Positions 12,437 to 24,778 of a DNA stretch of 64,000 bases are shown one piece after another. The DNA is taken from NCBI RefSeq assembly GCF_018977255.1, contig NW_024704743.1, positions 71,116,001-71,180,000 on the forward strand. Reading direction: 5' to 3'. The position numbers were made by a program, and so were the translations under genes. The first letter of the stretch is position 1. Each line of letters begins with the position of its first letter. The notes beneath the pieces were generated by a model. It was not told the DNA's origin. It saw only the letters and a list, made by a program, of their open reading frames with translations, and did no database searches. Origin of the DNA: Callorhinchus milii. Lineage: Eukaryota.

Positions 12437-15400
12437 TATTGGCTTGTTTGCTTAACTAGGGTTTCATTAGCCTCGGTTCTGAGACCGAATGTCAGTTTCA
12501 AAAAAAGCCCGCTGATGTTCTTTCTATGCCTTGCTTTGGTCACTGTTTGTACTGGTAATGTGTATGGTAATGTGTGTGCTTTAAATGCATCATTTGCCAA
12601 CATAATATGTAACATTTCTCAATTGATCTCAACCTCAAAGTTACTCTAACCTCTGGCACGTCATGCGGTTCACCTTCAGATTATTTTAAATTAAATCTGA
12701 CTTCTGAAACATTATTTCTCAAACCAATCCCCTTTGGTTAATAATGTTTGCATTCTGAAGGCCAGATCTCTGTGTAGTTAAGACAGATTGCAACAGTATT
12801 TGCATATTATTATTATTATTAAGCCCATTTAATTTAGATTACAAAGTGGTTTGGAAGTATGAAGTGGAAGATTCAAGCTTTAACCATATTGCTGTAAATT
12901 TAGCGTCTAACCATCTGATTTTGGATAGTTTGATCCAGTTTCATTGGTTTCCAAAAAATTTGGACAAAACTTTATTGGTCCTTTGAGAAGAATACTGTAG
13001 CCATCTATGTGAGCTGAGTTCTGGTAGCGGGAACTGCTGTTGTATGTTTTTAAAAGAAGGTATTAAAAGGTGGTATTCCCTGAAGTGGCACTGAAATGTT
13101 GCATTCTGCTCAGAGGCAGGATCAAAGGTGCCCAGCAGGTTCAGTCGCTCAGCTTCCGGTCAAAATTTTTTAATCCCCCTCACCACACACGCGCACTCAC
13201 ACACAACAGTTATTTATATCTCCAGGAGCGGAGTTTAATAATAATAAATACTAGTCTTTTCATTTGATTAGAGCTTTTTACCTAAAGAAGACGTCACAAA
13301 GCGCTTCATAGGATTTTGCTGTAAAGTCCAGTGACTGTATTTTGTGGGTGAAGGTGGCAATCGTTGGCACTTAGCAATGTCCCACAAACAACCATGAAGT
13401 AAATGACCAATTTTTTTGTGTAGCAGATTGTTGGCCAGCATTCTGAGGGAAACTCCATTCTCTTGTCAAAAAGTACCATGGGATCCTTAACCCCTTCAGA
13501 TATGGACCAGTTGAGCCGAATGGCCTGTTTCACCATACATTACATAGTGCTGTATCATTGTATACATTCTACCCAACTCAACCCTCCAAGAACTAAATCT
13601 CTAATGACCATTTTCCATTTCAATGAAAATGAATCCAACTGCTCACACTCTATTTGCAAATATTACTTTGCCAAAATGTAGCAATATAGTGTATGGACAG
13701 TAGAGTAATGGCCAATTAAGAGGGAGATGACCAGGATTGTGTGTAACATAAACTTCAGTCTTGTGGAGAACCGTAACCAAATATAAAGCACCTACATTAA
13801 TTACTGTAAATCTGGAAATCTTTCCCCCAAAAGGCTGCAGATGCTGGGGATCCATTCAAATTTTCAAGACTAAGGTGGATAGATATTTGTTAGGCAAGGG
13901 TATCAAGGGATATGGGGCAAATGCGGGTAATTAGAGTTGAAGTACAGATCAGCCATGATTTAATAGAATGGTGGAACAGTCTCAAGGGGCTGAATGGCCT
14001 ACTCCTGTTCCTATTTCCTATATTACAAACACCCTGTATACTACAATTCTAAACTGGTAACAGACTAAATATGCCATTATAAAGATCCAAATGACAAAGA
14101 AGCTCTGAATTTTGGGGAGGAACATTGTATGAATGTTGTATGGCCTCTCCTGAGAACAACCCACCAGCAGAACAAATGACCTGATCTCAGACTAGTGTAT
14201 AACCAGCTGTTAGGAGCAGTGCAGGAGCAGCCTGGGGTGCTCTGGCTTTTAGCTCTCTCTCCTATTGAAAGAACACTGACCTACACTGGGAGCAGATTCC
14301 AGCTGACACGGTTGAGTAGGAGAACAGACGACTCCTTTGAGACAGGGAGTCATGTGGTGAATAGTGGCATACCAGTTAACCAACCTCCCACTCTGTGGAT
14401 CTTGTGATTTTGTCAACCTTGTAGCTGGGAATTTAAGCAACCTTTCATTTGGGTCAAATCCATTGGTGTTTGTTTTGTAACATGCTTAATTGTCAGGCTG
14501 CAAGTGGTGCACTCTGAGGAAAGGGTAATAAAAGACAAACTTGCATTCCTCTTCCCCACACCCCCACCCTACATAGGCAAACACCACAACTAATTCAATG
14601 TGTAAATGACTGCCTGTTCGTTCATTCCCTTTCACTGTCAGTAAAACATACAAACAGCAATAACTAAGCATGCCATATAGGATGACTGAAAGATTCCAGA
14701 AATTCCACTGTCAGTCATGCAGATGAGATTTTCTCCATTAATGTCTGTACCAAACTGTTGGTTTTGCCAAGGCAGAATTAACTAGGCTGGGAGAGGACGG
14801 TGGGAATGAGCTATAAGCAGTCCCTAACGTGCTCAGAGCTTACCCTTTCACATTCCTTCCTCTGAGTTACTTTTTTATAACTTTTTTTGTTACTGGGTGG
14901 AGAGGTTTATAAGATTCTAAGAAGGGTGTAACTCCATACGTCAGAGGACTGAATTCCTAAATGTAAAACATTGAAACTTTCACATGTTTGTGTGAAAACA
15001 TGCCTAATGGCTTATTTTGATAACTGAGTGAGGGAGGGGAGAAGCTTATTTGTTTCCACAACCATCCTGTTTTTTAAAGGAAGTGTAACAATTAATTTCT
15101 GCAAGTGAGAAGGCTGTTGTTAGTAATGGAGTAGGCGGGTGTTTTACCCTGTGGTTTAAACCTAAATTTGTAACCTTATCTAATTTTGTTACTGATAGCT
15201 TGTGCTCCATGCACTTTAAGATGGTAAATCTCTAAACCCCTTTCACTGGTTCATTGCCAAAATTAACTATTCTGAAATGTGCACTTTCCATGCCAAATTC
15301 TTCTGGGTGATTTTTGTTCAATAAGAATGATGCATATTCATTTGCCAAAATAAACAGTCATTCCACTTTAGAATATATTCTGCAAAGTACTTTGGGATGT

Positions 15401-15964
15401 TCTCCTAATGTGAAACGTGCATCCTCTACCAGACACAAGGATTATTATTATCATCATCAGAGTTAAAAAAAACTTCTGTCATAAAGAAATCTAATATCTA
15501 TTTCTTGCAGTTAAGCATTTTATAATTGGAAATGATTAGTTATGATCGAATGATATGCTTTTTTTCTGAATTAAAGAAGTAGAAAGGCAATGCAAGGCTC
15601 AACAGGTTACTGCTTTTATCTGCTCATCTGCTCACTAGTACCTTTCAGTCAGCTCTTCCCGAACTTGTTGCTGGTCTTTCGGGTAGTGTACATTTACATC
15701 TGTATTAATAGAAACTGTATACACTGTACAGATTAATAGCTGCCCAACATGGATCCTGGTTTTGGCATGATGTGTATCCAGCTGGCGGACCTGACCAAGT
15801 GACTTACTAGTACGTCGCAGTGGATCCATCTGTTGGATAAACAGCAAATTCAATATTGTTGTGTTGTCTTGAACTCAAATTAACTGGTTAAATAGGAATA
15901 AAAGTGAAAGCGATTTGTCGCAGTTTAAGTTGATGAGTGTGCGGGGACCAAGGTGCGGGGACCA

Positions 15965-16348
15965 AGAAACCTATAAGATCATCACAGAGCATGATAGAGT
16001 AGATAGTGGGAGATTGTTTCCGCTGGTTGGAGAAACTAAAACCAGGGGTCACAACCTTAAAATCAGAGGCCAGCCCTTTCGCACTGAGTTGAGGAAGAAC
16101 TTCTTCACTCAAAGTGTGGTGAATGTATGGAACTCACTACCCCAAAGGGCTGTTGACGCTCAGTCCCTGAATATATTCAAGACTGAGATAGATAGATTTC
16201 TTATTGCAAAAGTGATTAAGGGATATGGGGATAAGGCAGGGTCAGGTTATTAGCTGGAGTTAGATTAGAAGATCAGCCATGATTGAATGGCGTGGCAGGC
16301 TCGAAGGGCTGAATGGCCTACTCCTGCTCCTACATGTTATGTTATGTG
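15965..16348 (+). mobile_element. CR1-clade LINE 3' end
   Basis: ORF YKIITEHDRVDSGRLFPLVGETKTRGHNLKIRGQPFRTELRKNFFTQSVVNVWNSLPQRAV is a CR1 ORF2 C-terminus. It is followed by the gggctgaatggcctactcctgctcc tail; a related fragment lies at ~13810-14025. Confidence 0.9.
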
Positions 16349-18407
16349 TGACATTTTTCGAAATAGCTGTTAGTGTTTGGGTTTTTGTGAACCGTCACCT
16401 CCTGTAATATAGTAGTTACAGGTTGCAACAAAATGAATTCTTATCCCCTGTGATCATTGAACCTGTACGTGTACTTATTGGTTACCCCATGCTGTTCATG
16501 GCATTGGATTTTATAATAGTGACATTGAGTTGCGAGTGGTGTGATATTTTTGTCTGAAATTTCCAGAGTACCTCTATTTAACTAACTTGATTGCAACATG
16601 AACCAGAAGTGAATGAGGGAGTATTAATAAAGTCCTAGAATAGGATCTGAGTATTTATAATAGCTGGCCCACATTGCTGATGTCAAAATGGTAGATCTGC
16701 CAGGGAAGTGCTCATTTTTTGTGTTTTCAAAAGAAAAGTATTGCAGTGAAACCCTTCTCGCAGTCACCGAGGAGGCACTATTCAGCTTTTACACAGTTAT
16801 ATGGCACACAAACAGGCCATTTACCCATTTAATTTGTTCCAGTGATTATACTCCACATGAGACCCCACTGCTCCCCTTTTCAAATAGTTTGTGAAATTAA
16901 TTTGAAAAATTAAGATTTGAAAAAGGGGAGAGAGGGGGCAAGGCGGAGGGATTGAGGCAGAGTGTTCCAGATTTTCGGGGCGTAGTGGCCGAATGTGCGA
17001 CCTCCAGTGGTAGAGCAGAGGGCCTGAGGGACGAGCAGGAGGTCAGAGCCAGTTGAGCAGAGGCGCCGGGTGGTGGCTTAGGAAGTGAGGAGGTCAGAAA
17101 GGGAGGTGCCAGGGGTTGAAGGGATTTGAACACAAGTGTGAGGATCTTGAAGTCGATCAGTTGGTTGATGGGGAACCAGTGGAGCCTGGCGAGAACTGGT
17201 GAAATAGTGGTACGGAGTTTGGTTTGGGTAAGTATGCGGGCAGCAGAGTTCTGAATGAGCTGGATTTACTGTAAAGTGTAGTAACTGTGCATTTGTAGGT
17301 GTATGCAGCAGATAATTTGCATACAAAATGTCCTCAAAACAGCCATGAAGTAAATGATAAATTTTATCAGGGAATTGTTGGCCGTGGGCTGTGGACAGTG
17401 GGAGATGCTTCATCCTCTTTTTGAATAGTGCCATGGGATCCTTAATGTCCACTTGAAAAGACAGACGGAACTTTAATTTATCATCTCATCTGAAGAAAGG
17501 CACCTCCATCAATGCAACATCCCCCCGCACTGTATTGGAGCGTAAAAGTCCCTGCTTCGGGCTTGAAACCACAACCTTCTGACTCCGAGATAAGTGCTAA
17601 AAATGTAACCAGACTGATGCATGATGAGGTACTATTGAAAAATGCAAATACGGTATGTATCTATTACTCATCCATCAAAAAATGTAGCGCTGTCAAGGCT
17701 CAAAAGATCCAAGATATTGGAAAAATTTGCATTGACTGTTATGTCTACTCTTTGTTGCAGTGGGCATTTACCACACTGATTAAAAGAACACAAAACTCTT
17801 GTTGAAAGGAGCAACCTAGTTGGCCAAATAACTATTTCCTGTTGTTTGCTTATTATTCCCATTCAAGGAACTTCTCATATGGAGTTGGGAATGTTAGGTT
17901 TGAGATTCATGATGAAGAGAATTGCAAATTGCAAATGTATTTAAATACAATGCAATTTAGATTTATAATAGCACCTTTCATGTCGGGAGGACATCCCAAA
18001 GTGCTTTGGCAATTTTGCCTGGATAACAGAGGGGAGCTGAGGTGGCTGAAGAGGGGAAAGTTGACTGAAAGGATGGTCAAAGAGGTACATTTTGAGGCGT
18101 ACCTTGAAAGACGGTAGGGAGGGATCAGGACAGACGGTCCTGGGAATGGAGTTCCTGAGAGTGAGTGCCAAGTGGCTGAAAGCTTGCCTACCAATAGTGA
18201 GGTGGATAGAACAGTAGAAGTGGAGTAGGTGTCGGATGATCAAAGGGAATGGCCGGGTTGGTTACAGTGAAGGAAGGAGGTTGCAGAGGTATGGTGACGA
18301 ACAGAACACCGAGGTTCCTGATTGGCTTTGAGAGGTGGAGAGTTACCCAACTGGAGGGTAAAATGAGCACATTATCTGAATAATTACCAAACTTCTGTTA
18401 ACTATTG

Positions 18408-18791
18408 GGAACACTCAGCGGGTCAGGCAGCATCTATGGAGAAAGGAAAGTGAGTCAACGTTTCAGATCCACGACCCTTCGTCAGACCTGAAATGTCCCT
18501 TCATGGGACCTGAACAATCCCTTTGTGGGACCTGAAATGTTGACTAACTTTCCTTTCTCCATAGATCCTGCCTGACCTGCTGAGTGTTCCCAGTGACTTC
18601 TGTTTTTGTTTCAGATTTCCATAAGACCATAGGAGCAGGAGTAGGCCATTTGGACCCTCGAGCCTGCCCCACCATTTAATAAGATCATGGCTGATCTTCT
18701 AACCTAATTCCATTTACCCGCCCTATCCCCATATCCCTTAATCCCTCTATCCTTTAGAAAAGCATTTCCAGCATCTGCAATATTTTGCATC
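18408..18791. mobile_element. Penelope-like non-autonomous inverted-repeat element with a nested CR1 3' fragment (~18622-18763)
   Basis: 61-bp inverted arms at 18406-18466 and 18532-18592 (4 mismatches). A 13-bp TSD ctgttaactattg lies at 18395-18407 and 18792-18804. The nested CR1 tail is flanked by an atttcca duplication. Confidence 0.75.
18457..18485 (-). ncRNA. Minimal hammerhead ribozyme core (probably degenerate)
   Basis: Minus strand reads CUGACGA-AGGGUC-GUG-GAUCU-GAAACGUU, i.e. CUGANGA and GAAA boxes, a short stem II and palindromic AACGUU. Stem I pairing is poor in this copy. Confidence 0.55.
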
Positions 18792-18894
18792 CTGTTAACT
18801 ATTGTTGGAAATCAAAGATGAAATGCAGCAGTAATGTGGAGGGGATTTATTGTGGAACTACAGTGAACAACACAAGTACATTTTACAATTCTCA

Positions 18895-19322
18895 TAATCC
18901 TTGCAATTAATATTGTGCCTTTCACATTGGGATGAGATCTCAAATGCTTCGCAGGATTCACTGTCAAGTGCTGTAACTGCACTTTGTAAGCTAATGGAGC
19001 AGCCAATTTTGGGTATAGCAGTGTCCGACAAATAGCCTTTTAGCCATGAAGTAAATTACAAATTTTAACTAGTAGAATGTTGGCCAGGACATCAGGAGAA
19101 ACACTCTTCTTTTAGAATAGTGATATGGGATCCTTAATGTCCATCTGAATGGGCAGACAGGACCTAGGTTTAACATCTCATCTGAAGGGCGACACCTTGG
19201 ACTATTCAGCACATCCCCACCACTGCACTGGATTGTGAGGTCAAAGTTCCATAATGGGGCTTAAACCCAGAATCTTCTGAATCAGGGGCCAGAGTGCTAC
19301 TAACTGAGCCAGGCTGACACAC
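18895..19322 (-). mobile_element. Near full-length DeuSINE-type SINE
   Basis: tRNA-like head (gtgtcagcctggctcagttagtagcactctgg), Deu domain and L2-type tail. Relatives lie at ~17265-17610, ~34450-34815 and ~45540-45980. Confidence 0.8.
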
Positions 19323-20059
19323 CAGCATTTAAAGAGTGGTAGTCTTGCGTTGGTATAATTATGTGCTTACCATTTAGCGAGATTTGCAAACGAATATAAA
19401 AACTTGACTAATGCTGGAATGTGTACAGAGAATATATTTTAAAATTAAGATGAACTTTCTGGCAGTTAATTGGGCCTCTCTGAAGCCGAGTTCTGGAAGT
19501 AATAGTACTGGTGAGCCTGAAACCATACAGTGGCCATTTAATTTATCAATGTTTTTGCCCTATCTCGACTTTAAAATTCGCTCTATCACAGCCAAAAGAA
19601 CAAACTATAACTCCCAACCTTTGCTGACTCTGGCCTCCTGCATGTCCCTTATCATTTCCTCTCCACCATCAGCAGCTCTGCTTACAACCACTACCCCCCG
19701 AGACTGGAACTCTCTGCCTCGAATTCCACTTTGCCCCCTCCTTGTCCATCTTAGATCATACCCGAAGACCTTCTTCGACCATACCTATGGTCTTCTCCCT
19801 TCTCTCCCTTGCTCAGCGTCAAGCTCTTTCATTTTTGAGTTCCATTCACATGAATGGCGCTATATAAATGCAAGTTCGTGTTCTGACTTCATATGGGCTT
19901 TATGTTCAATGCTACCCTTATACATCAGGTTTTCAGATCATCTATTGTGCAAACCTCTTGTCAGGGTGCAACTTGGGTCCTATGTAAAGTTGTGATTCTC
20001 AGTGACATAATGCTGAGGCACCAGAGTCAGTACAGAGAACAGTAACATGATTGATGAGC

Positions 20060-20600
20060 AATACTTAGGGGATGAATTATGAGGAATGGGTAGTTAAGAT
20101 AGAGCTCTTCAGCTTTTAAAAGAGGATTCTTAGATCAAAATAATCCTTGCATTTGATATTTTGATGGGATCTTATAGAGCAAGGTTATTCCAATACTAGC
20201 CTCTAGCAACGTGTTCGAAAGAGAAGAGACGTTTAAAGGGGGACCCAATAGATGTGTTTAAAATAATTCAAGGGTTTGATAAGGTAAACATAAATATGCT
20301 GTTTCCACTAGTTGGGGTGTCCTTAACCAGGGGACACAAATATAAGATAGTGATTAATAAATCTAAAAGAGAATCACTTCAAGCAGAGGGTAGTGAGATT
20401 GTGGAACTGGCTGCCTGAAGCAATGGTTGAATGAGATAGTGTAGATGCATTCAAGAGGAAGCTAGACCTTCACCTGAGCGAGAGGGGAATATGGAAGGAA
20501 GTAAGGAATGGGTGAAGACTCGTGTGGCGTACGAGCGCCAGCACAGACAGGTTGGACAAAATGGCCTGTTTCTGTGCTATAAATTCTTTGTAATTCTGGA
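20060..20600 (+). mobile_element. CR1-clade LINE 3' fragment
   Basis: atgaattatgaggaa...gatgtgtttaaaataattcaagggtttgataaggta...gtggaactggctgcc...aatggcctgtttctgtgct. Confidence 0.75.
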
Positions 20601-21235
20601 TGGATGAGATCAAATGGGCTGAGGGACCTCCTTCATTCAAACCTCTTATTTGATCTTGTAATGGAAACTGGTCTTGACAATTTTTCACTCGGATAAAACC
20701 TTCTGTTTTAGAATTGGGTTGTAAGAAAGCACAAATCACAGTAATTACTAGGTTTACCTGAATTTAAAATGGACACTTTGAAACAATAGGAATTTCATTT
20801 AAGATGGGTGTTGTTTGAAGTGCCATAACATCTTGTTAAGTATTGTAATTTTAAAATTCTGATCTCTAACTAAAATTCTTTCTCATTTGAGAACTTAACA
20901 TAGAACTTTAGTATCAGAAACTGCAGGAAAGAAGCAGATATCTGCCCATTGTGCCAGTACGGATTCCTTATTAGGTTTTGCGGGAGTTATGCAATCCAAT
21001 TTACATTTATATGGTTTCTTTGATGTCAGGAGGGTGTCTGAGTGCTTTACACTGCTGAATGGGCACCGCCGGTTGGGGGGGGGGTGGGGAGAGCTGAAGA
21101 TGATTGGTAGGGGTAAGATGACCATAAGCAAAAGTCAAAGAGGTAATTCTTTGATGGAATCTACTCTAATCCCATTCATGCTCTCTTATTTATTTTCTGT
21201 ATGTATGGATGGAAGGATGAACTTATTAATTCTAT

Positions 21236-22512
21236 AACAACAACAAGATTACATTTGTATAGCGCCTTTCATGTCAGGAGGACGTCCCAAGGCGCTGAAC
21301 AGAGTATAGCATTTCAAACCCGAGCTGGGGTCAGGGGGCGGAGAAGGGAGGGGGGGTGAAGGGGGGTGCCGATGGCATGGTCGAAGAGGAGGTTCTTGAA
21401 GCGGGACTTGAAGGAGGCTAAGGAGGGGGCGAGGCCAAGTGACAGGGGGAGGGAATTCCAGAGGTTAGGGGCAGAGTGGCTGAAGGCTCTCCCGCCAATG
21501 GTGGGGCGGGTGGGTCGGGGGTCATGGAGCAGGCCAGAGCCGGCTGAGTGGAGGGAATGGGTGGGTTGGTAGGGGGTTAGGAGGTCGCAGAGATAGGGTG
21601 GGGCGAGGCCATGGAGGGTTTTGTATGTGAGGACCAGGATCTTGACCTGGACCTCTGAAGGATAGGGAGCCAATGGAGTCGGGCGAGAGTGGGGGAGATG
21701 GGGTCACAGAGTTTGGTGCGGGAGAGGACACGGGCTGCAGAGTTCTGGATTATCTGCAGCCTGTGGAGGGAGGAGTTGGGAAGGCCGACAAGCAGGGCGT
21801 GTGCATAGTCGAGCCTTGAGGTGATGAAGGCATGAACAAGAGTTTCAGCGGCCTGAGGGGTGAGGTAGTGGCGGAGTCAGGTGATGTTATGGAGGTGAGG
21901 GAAGGCAGAGTGGGTCTGAATGTGGGGGAGAAAAGACAGTTGAGGGTCGAACAAGACACCGAGGTTCCTGACTGGTGGTGAGTTGTAGTGTGCAACCCTG
22001 GAGGTTGATGCTGCCAGAGCCTGAGGTGCTGAGGCGCTGGCGTGAGCCAATCAGGAGGGCCTCAGTCTTGTTCACATTCAACTGAAGGAAATTTGCCCTC
22101 ATCCAGGACTTGATGTCCGACAGACAGTCTGTCAGGACAGCAGTGGTCCTGGAGTTGAGAGTGGAGGCAGAAAGATAGAGTTGGGTGTCATCCGCATACA
22201 TATGGAAGTTGACCCCTTGTCTGCGGATGATGTCACCAAAGGGGAGCATATAGATATTAAAGAGGAGAGGACCAAGGACAGAGCCCTGGGGGACGCCAGA
22301 TGTGACAGTGTGGAGGCTGAAGGAGAAACCATTAGAGGCAACGAAGTTGAGACGGTGAGAGAGACAGGAATCGAACCAGGCAAGGGCAGGTCCGTGAAGA
22401 TTGAGTAAAGCGGAGAGGATGAGGATGGAGTGGTCGACAGTGTCGAAGATGACAGAGAGGTCGAGGAGGACAAGGAGGCAGAGGGAGCCCTGATCACAGA
22501 TGTTCAGAATAT
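21236..22512 (-). mobile_element. 5'-truncated L2 LINE (RT region, frameshifted)
   Basis: ORFs contain [14 protein letters not shown] and LWNSLPLSL; (CAA)n tail at 21236. Confidence 0.93.
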
Positions 22513-23319
22513 CTAAGTGATGTGATTACAGTTTTTACAGCCACTTGCGGAAGCACATCCACATAACTCTTTGTGTGCTTGCCTGAGTGTCTGTGTGTGT
22601 GTGTGTGTGTGTAAGAAAAATCTACTCACTTTTCCCTTTAATGTATGGGTTGATTTCAAACTTTTGCCTCTGGGGCCAATCAGTTTTGCTGTTGCTGGGT
22701 CCTGGACTGGAACATCCAGTTACTGAGAAAGTGATGCCAGATGTTCACGACAGGTAGCAAGCATTGCCATTAAAGCAGTTAATTTTTTTTGACACATCCT
22801 TAGATCCGACAGCTGATCTACATGACACTTTTATATGCCCAACCAAACGAATTAATAGTTTAAAAAGCTATTACTGAGAATTCGCTTCCTGCCTTTCTGA
22901 TCTTTAATTGCTATTGCTTGCTCATGTACCAGGTGGTGACATGCAATACATTGGGATGATAAAGGGCAGAACGATAGCTGGTGCACAATCTATTGATTTT
23001 GCTTGTTTTTGCTTTGCTGTTTCCAATGTTTGCAACTTTGTGACAATATTCTGATGTTTTAATGTGAGGAATATTTATTTCTAGCAATCGAACCAACCAG
23101 CTTTTCATTTGTTTCATGGATTCTTTCCTAAAGTAAGACGCCAATGGGATGTGCCAGCTTGCAGGTGAAAAGCTTAAGCCTGTTATCAGAAATGTTCCCA
23201 TCAAAGGAAGTACAAGGAACAAGATAAGAGCCATTATAGCTCAGAGACGAGGCGCTGTGTATACAAAGAAGCGTACCTCATTGAAGCAGGGTCCATGAAT
23301 TATTTTAAAAGGGCTACGG

Positions 23320-23668
23320 TAAAGCAGGAATATTAAAGGACATAAGGTGCGAGCAGAGGAGAAATATTAAACAATATGAGGAGTGAGCAGAGGAGGAGGA
23401 ATGTTAAAGGGTAAGAGGAGCAAGCAGAGGAGGAATATTAAAACAGCTGTTTGTGGGACACTGCTGTGCGCAATTGGCTGCCGCATTTCACCCACAAATA
23501 TACAGTCAATTTACTTTACAGTATATTCTGTGAAGCGCTTTGAGATGTCTAGAAGACGTGATAAGACGCTATATCAAATGCAAGGGTTATTATTATAAAG
23601 GATATGAGGAGCGACAGAAGAAGATTATTAAAGGGTATGAGGAGTGAGCAGATGAGGAGGAATATTAT
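23320..23668. repeat. Degenerate ~33-bp minisatellite interrupted by a SINE 3' fragment (~23443-23596)
   Basis: Recurrent gaggagcaagcagaggaggaatattaaagggta-like units on both sides of the SINE tail. Confidence 0.65.
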
Positions 23669-24778
23669 ACCAACAACTTCCATTTATACACTTCACTTAG
23701 GATAATGTCTTGGAGTACTTCATAAAGATAAGTTGGATAGATTACACAGAATACTCATCCTACTGTCCTCCTGTCATAGAATCCAGCATTTTTTTAATGA
23801 GTTCAGTGTCCTGGCCTCAACCACTCTTCCTAGTAACCTATTTCAGTTGTTGATTATCCTCTGTGTAACAAAATCTCTTTAGAACCCTGTTTAACCCGGT
23901 ATTTAGATCCACAAAATCCTAACCTGTCTTATAACATGGCACCATTACCAGTCAGTGCATTCCCTGCTCATATACAGAGAAACTCTGTCCTTTTTTCTTT
24001 CCGGCTCCCTCTGGCAAAAAGTAACCAATTTCCGGGGCATCAGGTCACCACTGAAGTCGCATCCTGGATGCATTTTGGCTATATGTTTGTTTTGTTTATT
24101 GGTGCTTCATACATTATGACATGGTGAGTGATGCCCTATTTTCTTTCCTTTCTGTCTGCTCAGCTCAGGGATAGAGAGTCCGCTGGTAGCAACCCTGACT
24201 TATGGAATGGTGGAAAAATCAGCTAACAGGCCAGAGAACAAACCTGGGACCCAGCCTATCTAGCTCAGTGCCTTCTTGCGTGTAATATTTATCCACTCAG
24301 TCACTGGGGTTTAGGATTTTTTTTTAATTGTTGTAAGTTTGTACTCAGCGAGTCATCAATCCTCAAACAGCTTTTCCAGTGATTTCACTTGGACGGATTC
24401 AGGGTTTTTACAGTTCACATATCTGAAACTACGCACGCGATTACATAAAACAAAAACTATCCACAAACCTTGATGCAACTTGTATCAGCTAAGTGGCAAG
24501 GCACCATGCAAGAAGTAAGAGTAAGAAATTAAGAAATTGGCAACAGTTTGGATTTGCACAAGCAGGAAATCTGGAGGGATTATACATATGATTGTTGCTT
24601 TTTAATAGAGTTTAAAAGTCATGATTGTTTCTGCATGCCCACTGTTGCAACTACCTCGCAGGTCAAAAGAAAGGTTTGTGGGAATCGTCTTTAAAGTTCA
24701 GTTAATTGAATTAATCTGTTGGCAGATTTTTTTCTTCTGGTATGCCAATCCTGATTGACAACATGGCAAATGTCCACG

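Larger units (their letters stand above)
1149..15829 (-). pseudogene. Candidate decayed multi-exon protein-coding gene (unprocessed pseudogene) antisense to CTNNAL1; product unidentified
   Basis: Minus-strand exon-like blocks lie at 15808-15829, 15642-15699, 14281-14513, ~12842-13159, ~10237-10422, ~8420-8708, ~7150-7457, ~6250-6681, ~4067-4270, ~2590-2750 and 1149-1479. Several have AG/GT boundaries, and the first three splice in frame. In-frame stops and TE insertions interrupt the blocks. Confidence 0.6.

Noticed and set aside
19411..19995. 194-aa + strand ORF
   Set aside because: It runs through a decayed L2 3' fragment (DWNSLPRIP...KTFFDH) and has no recognisable cellular domain.
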